Source: Mytilus californianus
Taxonomy: Eukaryota
Assembly: GCF_021869535.1 (NCBI RefSeq)
Contig: NW_026262626.1
Location: forward strand, 10,726,001-10,790,000
DNA: 64,000 bases
Direction: 5' to 3'
Below, in pieces: positions 13,101 through 25,100 of the stretch. The notes under the pieces are model-generated. The model ran no database searches and was not told the origin of the DNA. It saw only the letters and a list, made by a program, of their open reading frames with translations. Every line of letters starts with the position of its first letter. Positions within the stretch are counted from its first letter, which is position 1. Position numbers and translations under genes: made by a program.

Positions 13101-16100
13101 CCATTGTACCCCCCAAAAAAATCTTTTAGAATGTTATGGAGCTATTGCTAGTATTGGCCCAAAACTGCTCATGCCATCACCAACATGATTAGTGATGATG
13201 AAATATCCAAAGTATTTCTTTATATGAAGGTGGAATGTTAGTCCTTGACAGTCTTGTCAGCTCAGTGATTGTGCACTGACAGAATTTATAACATGCCTAT
13301 CTTAAATTCTCTGTCGATAAATTTATGAATTATGAGGAAACTAAGGATCCAACTCTCTCAGGCAAAGTTGACACAGATGGATTTGGCTATTCATTTTAAG
13401 ACCAATTTTGGTCATATAGCTACTGGTACTCAAGTTTTCAAGAATCTATACATCCTTGACTTTCAAATTTTGAGGTTTGAGCATTTCTGATGAAAGTAAA
13501 TCCACAAAAGCACTTTGGATGTTCCTATAAATTTATGAAGAGTTATTTTTATTTTTCTTGGTTTTCTGGGAAGTTTTACGTCACTAATCAGCACAATGAT
13601 GCAGTGTTTATATGATTGCCATGCATGAAGATTGTTCTGTTGATTTGAATCCCATAAATATATTAAACAACCTGTCATATTACCCGGTAGTTCAAAATAG
13701 CCATTTCAATTAAGAATATACAGGTAGCACCAACAGAAGGTAGGCAATGAACTTTGTCATGGATCAGATATAGAGTAAATATAAATGTATATAAGCTTTA
13801 ATGTTTAACTTTCCTTTGCTGTGTGTTATATTTTATTTGTATACTGTAAACCAACTTATTTTCGCGGATACTTTATTTCGCATCTATCCCTGTCTAGTCC
13901 ATTTCCCGGCGATTTAATTTCGCGATTTTCTAATTTACTTGATGTAGTTAAATAAGGAAAGATCCAAGTTTTACATATTCGCTTTATTTTTCTACTCACG
14001 AATGTCGCAACAATAAATCGCTTGCGAAAATTAGTTGGTTTATATCAGTGTCCTGTTAACAGGGTATGGCCACAGTTTGTGGAGCAGGAGACACCAAAGG
14101 TAGACATGGACTGGGCATATATATTTACACCTGTAACACATCAATGGATAATAAGTAAGTCAATATACATACCCTCTGATTTTAGTTCCATTTAATGAAA
14201 AATAAAGTGCACTGGGTGACCAAGTGGTCTAGGCAAGCTGATTGGCAGTTGGGTCAAATTTCTCTAATACTGTTGATTCATCAATTTTCATTGTATTCTA
14301 CAGGATATATGCCAACCTTGGCAAAACCATGAAATCAATTAATATCCACGAAAATGCAAGTTTTCCTCAATCCACGAAAATTGGTACCCACGAAAATAAA
14401 TGAATCCGCAGTAGGCCTTAAAGTGAGAAACTCAATTATGATTTATAAACAAAAAGTCATAGAATAAAGATGTAAAAACTTACAAGTTATTAAATATAAG
14501 CAAAGAAGTGAATTTTCTGCAGAATTTCATTGTATGAAAATTAGGATTTTTTACTCTGAGATGCCTTTTCAGAAATGGTTCTTTGCATTTTGTTAAATTG
14601 CTGAAATTTTATTTATATCATATGATGCCTTAAAAATGGAACCACATGTATGAAAATGTCTTAGCTTCTAAAGGAGCCATCATACAAATCCAAGTCATCA
14701 GGAACAAAGGAATGGAAGAATATGTAACTTTTACTACCTAACTGAAATGAATTACTTTAGATTAATTAATTTTCATAGATTGAGGAAAAATTATATTTTA
14801 GTGGATATTTGATTTCGTTGTTAAGCCAAAATCTCCATACAGATCTATAAAAATTTGTACTATGTTGGACATTTGAACTCCTGCTTTACATATCTATACC
14901 CATAAAGTCAACGAAAATTGGTATTACACGAATAAAAAATGAATCCACAGTACCCATAATGCCCCATTTACCTGTGCAGATCACTTCAGGTGTTTAACTA
15001 ATTTCAGATTTTCAACTTTAGTCCTTGTTAAATTATATGGCACAGCCTCGATGTTCTTAGTAGTAAATAAAGTATGGACCAATCAAAATGTTCAAAACTG
15101 TGACATTCCTTAAATGCAAATGAACTAGTGGGGTTAATCGGCTCTCTGATTGTAATATAGAACCTAGCTGTTTCCACGCTTGGCTTACAAGGATCTGACA
15201 AAGCTCTGTTCTACTCTCTGTTTGAAAGGCCTTCCTTCAGGATCCTATGATATTGTAGTAATGATACACACCTTAAAAGATTTGGAGGTAGAAATTTGAT
15301 TGGCTGATTTAAAAATTAGCAGAATTTGATTGGCTGATTTAAAAATTAGCAGAATTTGATTGGCTGATTTAAAAATTAGCAGAACAGAAAGTTGAACTGA
15401 GTGTTCTCATATCCTTGTGAGCAAAGAGTGGACACAGGATCTGTATTTTAATTAGATTGAATAAACAGTTAACTCTCTTCAGTCAAAAGTTCATTAGTTG
15501 AATGTGATATTTGAATTGGATTAGATTGTGCTTCTTCATCTACAAAATTAGTATCTAAATTTGTGGTATGATACTCATTTGTGTCTAAAATTTAAGTCCA
15601 TATTTCCTCTGTCTGTCTGATGCAATTGCAATTTGTTCTTTAATTTGTCAGGTAATTTCTTCTTCTGTAGCAAGATGTCAAACATGGCTAACAGTTCCTC
15701 TCTGTCAAAATTTAGAATTTTCCTGGACAATTTTTGGGAAAAGTCTGTTAACAGCACTACAGTTGCCTTTTCTATTTGACTAAAACTTTAGTTACTCCAT
15801 TAGTCACATCAACATTAATGTAAGGACGATTTCAAATTCTTTAATTCTAATATAAGACAAAACTGCTGTTCACTTGTTAGTTACTAACAAAACTTAGGTT
15901 TCGATATGACATTTACCATGTATATAATGGAAATATTCCATTTAGCCGATCCTGCAGTCCTCTAAACATCTAAATTCACCGCTTCAGAATCTTATGCATT
16001 CTGGGGAATAATTTGAAAAGCAAACACCAAAACGTTGTGATTAGCTTACAACATGTTAAACAATGGAAATTCAACCGATGGCATGATGTTATTTTGATTT

Positions 16101-19100
16101 TGGATACTAACAATGAAATTACCCATAATACTTCAGTTTCTGCAACAGCAAATTAGCTGGAACATACGGAATATGGTTTTACTCTGCAGTTAGTAAAAAG
16201 TGTGTTCTAATGAAGTTAGACTTCCTCTTCAATATTTAATTGATATTTCATAAGAAGATCTATCACCAAAAAGAAGTAAAAATTAACAGTTGCTAGGTTT
16301 GAAACAATGTGGATAAGACATGATATACAATTCCTTTAATGAAATTTTTACTAAATAACTTAATTGAAATAAATCTTATCTATAGATTTGATAGTAAATA
16401 AATTAACTCATTTTATTTTCAGATGTTTCTACAGTTCAGATGGAGATCTTCTGATAGGTATGTTTATCACCCTGGTATTTGAACTTTGACCTGGCTGATT
16501 ACGTTGTGACATCTATCTGTACAAATTTTTGTCACTTCTGTTGTCATGATGACAGTAAAATCCACTATATCAACAATACTATGGATTCACCTATTTTGAT
16601 GGATAACAATTTCTCGTGGATTGAGGAAAAATTTTATTTTCATGAATATTTGATTTTGTTGTTTTGTTATAGTCTACATAAAAGCCATAGAAATTCATAC
16701 TTCGTTGAACATTTAAATTCGTGGTTTACCTATACTCACTAAATATTCAAAAATTGGTATCCCGTGAACAATAATGCATCCACAGCATATATATTACAGT
16801 TTGTTATATACTCACCAAGTGTCGATGTTTTACGTGCACACAACCCCACCCCCATTTTGTTTATCTCCACCATATGTTACCACCTCGGTGGTCTCGTGGT
16901 AGCATGTTTGCATTGAGTGTGGGAGGTCATGGGTTCGAACCCCGGCCAGGTCAAACCAGACTTTAAAATTGGTATTTGCTGCTTCTCCACTAAGCATGCA
17001 GCATTAGAGAGTAAGATCAAAGACTGGTCGGCTCGGAGTCAGAATAATGTGTCCGGGTAAGGTGTCTTCCTGCAGACTGTTACCTTCCTGCTCAGCGTGT
17101 CGGTCTAGTACAAAGCAGGGTTGTTATTCATATGACATTAACATGTTCTCATCCTAAATATGCATATCAATTTGCCGCTGGATGTTAAGCAGCCATCCAT
17201 CATCATCATCCACCATATGTTGTAAAAGAAAAACGCACAAAAAAAAACCTGTACAGTCCAGCTTCCAACAGGATGACCACTAACTTAAAAAGATGGCACT
17301 TGAATTGGAAACTGGGTCAAAATGTACTGGCTAAAACAGGAAGTTGGCTTTTGTAGCCACAGCCCTTGGTTGAATACTGCCTCTTGAGGAGACAAAAAGA
17401 AATAAAAAACTTAATATCAACATTTTTGTTTGAAACAACTGAGATATATTTATAGGCATCATTTTCAGCAACTGCTATGTAGTGAAACTGACAGAGATAT
17501 ATGGTAATGATATTTTGAATTGTCTCATCTATTTCTATTTTTCAGTACCACAACAAGGAGGAATTTTGATTACAACAGAGTTTGGAAAAATGCAGGTTGA
17601 TCCAAATGAAATCTGTGTTATTCAGGTATATAAGAAGAATACCACTTCAATTAAAGATTTCTTTAACTGTAAAATATTGGTCGCAAATATTTATTTTTAA
17701 TTAAAAAAAAATTCAAATAAAATAATGCAGACATAAATTATGGACAAAATTATTTTGTATATTTAAATCTACTTTATCATATTTATTTGGTTCAAATACA
17801 ATTTAAGCCCCAATGCTGATATATTTGGAAGTTTCATAACAGTTGAATATCAAATTAATTGAGTGACATTTGCTGTAAATCATTTCCACGAGTGTTATCA
17901 AATAACCCCTCCTGTCCAACAAAGTTGTTACTGTTAACCTAAAATGTGATAAAACGAATAAGTTAGTTTATCTGATCTATTTTTCGGCAAGAATATTTCG
18001 AAAAAGTGAACATTTTAAACTTGTGTCCCACATGGTATCTGGTCATCAGACTCTTTGAAACATAGTTTTACATTGGACCTTGTAGGATAGTTCATAAAAA
18101 ATCTTTTCTAAAACAAATAAGTCTTAAGGCTTGAATCATTACAGTATTGCTATAATTTCCATGTACCGTTACTTTAAGCAAGGATTCATTTGTATATTGT
18201 TAAAATACTAGTTTTACCTGATTTTAGCAACATGTAGTGTAAGTGTTTACAATTATTCTACAAGGAATAAGGTAACATATTTTACATGTTTTTTTCAGCA
18301 AGGAATAAGGTTTAGTGTTGCAGTATCAGGAGAAACCAGAGGCTACATGATGGAAGTATTTGACGGGCATTTTACACTTCCTAATCTAGGACCAATAGGT
18401 AAATCTTCAAGGACAGATATAAATGTGATCTTGATGATGCCATTGTAAATATTACATAAGAAAAACAGGGACCTACAAGATTTTATCAATGATGTCACAA
18501 CTACTTTAAGTATTTTTTCAGACAATACAAACTAACAAAATAGTTGTGAGATTGGCAATAAGTCTGTTTCAAAGATCATTATAAACGAAGAAAATGTTTA
18601 TCAATTTCACCATAGAGCTAGTAAATATGAACAACAACCTATACAATATGTTAAGCACTAAATTGACCCTTGTTTTGTTTCTTTGAATAGGTGCCAATGG
18701 GTTAGCAAATCCTAGAGATTTTTTGACACCTACAGCCTGCTATGAAGACAAAGATTGTGACTATACAGTTGTTAGTAAATTTCAAGGTCACCTTTTCTCA
18801 GCAAAACAGGTAAGACAACTGCAGTGGCTAGCTAGACATGTATACCAGCTTTCTATAAAAATTTGGCATTTAGACTGTCTGTATTTTCTGACTTGTTAAG
18901 TTATAGAATAATTCTGGTATACTCTTGTTTGATAATTAGCATTGACAGAAACTCAAGCTCTAGAGTTTTAATGAAATAACAAAGTAAGTCATATTGTTGG
19001 AAATAGCTTCTCATGTTTGCCGATGTCATATGCTATTTTGACTCCTGTAAAGTGACCCTTGGGTCAAAATACCATATGGAAAACTGACCCCTTCAGTCAA

Positions 19101-22100
19101 ATTTTTCTGATTGTAACTTAAACCAATCCATGAAAAATTGAACCCCTAATGGGTTGTGGAAGGGGTTAATTTTTATAGGGGTGACATATTGACTGGAGTC
19201 CAGGGGAGGGTGAAAATACCACATGAATTCAATTACATTTATAAATTATCAGTTTTTGTGAAAAGCTACTTTTGATGCAGTATCATCATGCAGAATGTGA
19301 CATCACATTGGAATATGGCATGAATTAAATTTGCACTGCATATTAAAATTATGCAGGTGAAACACCTGCCTTTATCTGACTTTATCTAGATTTCTTGAGT
19401 TCAACCATCTTAATTTTTATCCTCAACACCTAAAACTGGCGGTAGGAGCACAAAGTTTGTTGAAACGTCAAATCCAGTATTTTGATTGGTTTATTTCGGA
19501 GTACCATAATCGTACTCAAAATGTTTATGACTGTAAGATAATAAAATTACAATACAATAATTATTTACAAGAAAAAGTGGTGAACATTTTTAAGATTTCA
19601 GTTGTAAACTTGACATATTACATACTTGCACTAGATGTATTCTCAATTGTAACAACTTGCTGGGATCTCTGTTACTGTAAACCATTGCTTTATAATGACT
19701 ATATTATTCTTTCACAATTCAATTTTATGGTTAGGGCTGTTCCATTAAAACATACATGGTACCCAGGGAAGGCACTTTAAAAATGGGGTAACCACCTATA
19801 GTCTAGAGGCAAATTAAATTTCACTTACATTTCCACTATGCAAAAACATAGATGACACCCACCCATAGTTGCGATTTGGAAGTGTCTTCCCTGGGTCCCA
19901 TGTATGTTTTTATGGAACAGCCCTTACATTTCCATGAAGAAAATAACACAGTTATAGAAGACTTTTTAATGTGGTTTGTTCTGATGTTTTAGGATCATTC
20001 CCCATTTGATGTAGTAGCTTGGCATGGAAACTATGCACCATATAAATATAATCTGGATAATTTCTGCACTATGAATACAGTATCATTTGACCATGTGGTA
20101 AGTTTTAGTTACCTTAGAAACAATTACTTTTCTTGACCAAGTTGAGAAGGGGAGACAATTCAGACTCACTTGTTCCAAAATACTTCTGACCACTGTGGAT
20201 TCGTTAGTATTCGTGGAATACCTATTTTGTGTGGATTTCGATGGTATAAATAAGCCATGAATTTAAATGTTTAATGAATTACAAATTTACTATATGTTTC
20301 TAATCTATGCATTTTTTAGCAAAACCACAAAACCAAATATCCATAAAACTACAATGTTTCCTCAATCCTCTAAAATTGTATCCATGAAAATAATTTAATC
20401 CACAGGAATAAAGAAAAACAAAGTCTAACCTCTCCCATATTGGCTGTTTATAGGTAAAAACTTGGCCAATGATTACACTGAGGACATTTAAAAATACTAA
20501 ATTATCTCCCTTGTCACAAGTTAAAAAAATATGACTATAAATAAAAGGAGATGTGGGGTATGCATGAATGAGATGACAATCAATCAATACAAAAACCAGA
20601 AGACTTCTAGAAGTCAACATATGGTCGTATATATCTTACTATGCAGTATGGGTTTTACTCATTGTTTGAAGGTCCTAGTTGTTAACTTCTATGTCATTTG
20701 GTCTCTGATGAAGAGTTGTCTCATTGGCAATCATACCTCATCTTCTTATTTTTATATAAACAATATACAAGTGTATGACAGGTAATGTTTTCAAATGTAT
20801 CTTGTTTGATAAAATGTTTTATAAACCATAATACATGAGTTTCTTTTTCACTTTCACAGTAAATAGAACATTTCTGACTTAATTTTGTTCACTAAATGAG
20901 TGAAACAATGTAAATCATTTCTCAAGTATTTTATTTTTGAAATTCTTCCCAGAGCAGAAAAATAATGCTAATGTAAATGCCTTGAATATGGCAAACTTGG
21001 ATCTTGCTTTATATAAATATGTAAAGAAATTGAGAAAATTATGAAAAAAAATGGATCAATGTTGCCTTAAAAATTGTCATAATAGTTAAACCATGAGATA
21101 AGATACTTTCTTTAAATAAACCATGAAATAAATTGATGTTGTAAAACACTCTGGGTCTCTATCCTGAAGTATTTCTCTTTTGTCTGTAGCCTTTCTTTGT
21201 ATGTCTTTTGTGTCTATATCCTTAATTGTATGACTGACCCTGAAAGGAGCGGTATACTGCTTAATGTCTGTGTCCTCCTTCTGTCAATCTGTCTATCCCA
21301 TAAAATTTTGTTTGCACTCATGTTAGCATACTTTACTGAGGAATACTTATATATTCTTACACATGTTGGCCATGTATAAAAATTTGGAAGTGTTTTTCTC
21401 GAGAGCTAAAAATCAGAGCTTCCTGAACTTTGGTAACCAGCTAAATGTGTGCATGCTATACAGTATGATGCATTTTTAGATTCAATGATCATCCACTTAG
21501 ATTTCCTGTTCATCAAAACTTATTTATTCATACACATAATAGCCATGTATGACATTTTGTCACGCAATGATTTACAGTATACAGAATCAGTTTTATCTTA
21601 GGTTTTTAAAAGTTTTATCTTTTTCTTGGATGTAATAATCTGCATGAAGAGAAGCTTTTTCTCAGGAACTACAAATCAAGACTTTCTTAAATTTGGAATC
21701 AACTTTCATGTGAGCATGCTATACAGTATAATGTGTTTTAACATCCACTACTTCAACTACTTGTTTACTAAATATTTATAGTGGGGAACCATTAGTGAGA
21801 AATAGCTCACAGTTCAAATTTGAAAGTCTTTTGTCTCTGTCCTTAATTAATAGAAAGAAAAGATATGGGGTATCCATCCATGACACAAAATCAGTATTAT
21901 GCACAGCAAGAAACATAAAAAGCAAAGGAACAGCACTTCTATTGCTGTTGTTATCTCAAAGTCACAGTGAGGCCTTCAACACACAGCAAAATAAAATTCA
22001 CTGCAAGTAGACCCAAGATCTATAGAAGTCACTTCTACTTTTCAATATAAATGAAATAATAATTAGTTACTTACAAATGTTTGTTATTACATGTATAGAT

Positions 22101-25100
22101 AGACAATATTACTCTTTCCAGGACCCTTCAGTATTTACAGTTTTAACATGCCAGTCATTAAAACCTGGGACTGCTATAGCAGACTTTGTGATTTTTCCTC
22201 CAAGATGGAGTGTAGCACAGAACACATTTAGACCACCCTATTACCACAGTAAGTAACATAACAATTTTCAGTTGTATTGAGAAATGCCTTTGAAAAGACT
22301 TTTATAATTTTGATAAAAGGTGTTATGCCCCATCTTATCTACAATCATGAATATCTTTGAGACAGCAACCCAAGAACACAAGTCAACCCCAAAACATGGA
22401 AATTTCAGGTCACCATTTATGTGGTCTGTATTGAAGGACAAGCATCCACATTGTGTGGCAAGCTCTACATCTCCCCAAGTGAATAATTAGAAAAAGACAA
22501 CCAAGACTGGCATGCACTAAATCTGAAATGGACCAAAAATATAAAGCTCTAAATCTGCAGATAGGTTGTCAAAAATAGGTGAAAGATACAGAGTCATATC
22601 CAAACTCATTAGTTAATAAATAACTGACAATGGTATGGAAAAAATGGAAAACTATCAAGATACAAACAGCCATATGCAAAACACAACATAGAAAACTATA
22701 GACTGAGAAACATGAACCACACCAAAAACTGGGTTGGTCCCTGGGTGCTCTGGAAGGGTAAGCAGATTCTGTTCCACATGTGGCACCCATCCTGTTGCTC
22801 ATGTAATTACAAATGAATGAACCAAAATACACCCCAAGACTGTCCTTACAAAACCCACCTAATACTATAAATTTAGAAATTATTGCGAGGATTTTATTAT
22901 TAGGAATTTTGCAACTGGATAAGTATCACATTAATAAGAACTCACATTCTTAAATCTGACACATATGTTTGTATGCAGCTTTTCCTGTAATGCACACAAT
23001 AATTTACAGTATACAGAATCAGTTTTATCTTAGGTTTTTAAAAGTTTTATCTTTTTCTTGGATGTAATAATCTGCATGTAGAGAAGCTTTTTAAATTGCA
23101 GGCAATATATTTATTTATACACAGTATCATATAGTTTAGAGAAGCTCATAAACTTTATAGGCAATACATCAGGCTATATGATAAGGCACTAAAGTAATAT
23201 TATTTGGTAAAAGTCTCCAGTACCATATTCTGTTTCAGTATCAAAATAAAAATTTATTATCAATGAAAATGAAGTTGAAAGTGTTCACTTTTCATGCCCC
23301 ACCTACAATAGTAGAGGGGCATTATGTTTTTCGGTCTGTGCATCCGTTCGTACGTCCGTCTGTCCTGCTTCAGGTTAAAGTTTTTGGTCAAGGTAGTTTT
23401 TGATGAAGTTGAAGTCCAATCAACTTGAAGCTTAGTACACATGTTCTCTATGATATGATCTTTCTAATTTTAATGCCAAATTTGAGTTTTGACCCCAATT
23501 TCATGGTCCACTGAACATAGAAAATGATAGTGCGAGTGGGGCATCTGTGTACTATGGACACATTCTTGTTTGTAGATTTGGTATAATTTTCTTTCAGGAA
23601 ACTGTATGAGTGAGTTTATGGGACTTATACTTGGTAAATATGAAGCAAAGGTATGTTATTTACAAAGAACATTTAATGTTGAAAAATTATAATTATTACC
23701 TGAATAGTTTTTCAACAATAAAAGACAATACCATTGTATATAATCCTTTTTAGAGAATTTGAAAAGTTTTATTGTTGGTGACTTTATTTTGTTTCATGTT
23801 ATTTTAAAACCTTTAATAAGTTTTCAATGTGACATAATTTGAATAGGAGTTATTTCCCTTAGTTTCTTAACAATCCATGAACGTTTACAAATTTATCATG
23901 GAAAAAAAATTTAATCATTTATACTGTCTGTAAATGTTGACTGTACAGGCCTGATTTGTTCTAACAATCTGGCTACATATGTCTGCAATGTCAGCATGTT
24001 TAGATCACATTGGGACCTGGGATTTCAATTATATTACCGACCGTGCGAGGGCTGTATAGCATGTCAAGGTCGTTAAAAACTCCCATCATCAGCAATTATA
24101 TCCATTATAGGTCTCATTTTGTTACACGCCTGTAAGTTATATAAACAAATCTACTGTATATAGGTTTTCTTTATAAGCAGCTTGCAGTGCTACCATATTT
24201 TAAAAGTGGCAATGAACAAATTTCAATGTGACAAAAAGTGCATTTCTTTTTATTAATACAAACGCAATGAATTATTTGTGCATACATGAGAGACAAAACT
24301 TTAAAATGAGAACTTCATTGTATATTTAGGAGGAAGGTTTTAGTCCTGGAGGTGCTACATTACACAGTATGATGACTCCTCATGGTCCAGATGCCGAGTG
24401 TTTTGAGAGTGCTTCCAATGCTGACTTAAAACCACAAAGAGTAGCAGATGGAACTATGGTATAATTAAAACATAGAATGTCATGTTATTTCCTTTTTATA
24501 TGACTCATAAAGTGAAAAGTATTAGGCTAATGTCAGTGAGATCACAATCTGACAACAAATGTTTTAACAATGTAAAGTTTGGTCTTCATTGCTCAACAGA
24601 CATTCATACTCTAAAGAAATCCAGACTTGAATATTTGACACTATCGTTCCTTCCTCAAAGGTGTCTTTATTATTTGTGGATTATCTCCCTTTGTGGAGAG
24701 TATAATTGAAATATGTTGATTTTTTAGTTTTGATAGGAAAGCAAATGGAAATACAATGAGAAATTTTACTGTGTATAAAAATGATTTCATTAAAAACAGT
24801 CAAGGCATCAAGTTGGATGATCAATCTTTGATGTTGATATTACATGTAGGTCTAGGAATAGCATTTTTAGCAGTTCTGGCAACAGATTTGTTTATTTATC
24901 ATTATATCTGTCAATAGTAAAATCCAGGGTATTAAAACAAAACCCTGCATAAATAAGAAACCAATCGAAACTAAACTGTTATATTAGGATGACAGATGAA
25001 TATTCCTCAGTAGTTTAAGATGTGTAAAATGAACACTTCTTTACTCCAGCAAAATATTGTTTAAAAACAGTTTAAGATGTGTGAAATGGACACTTCTCTA

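Noticed and set aside
15291-15384. CRISPR-like array
   Set aside because: Repeats are contiguous without unique spacers and the genome is eukaryotic; the same applies to the other arrays.
16879-16950. tRNA gene
   Set aside because: Has A and B boxes but no convincing cloverleaf, and it continues into a SINE body with tail and TSD.
18261-18273. 13-nt copy of the start of the 18299 exon (CAAGGAATAAGGT) as a microexon
   Set aside because: The following intron would be about 25 nt and the 7-nt exon would shift the frame; likely a small local duplication.
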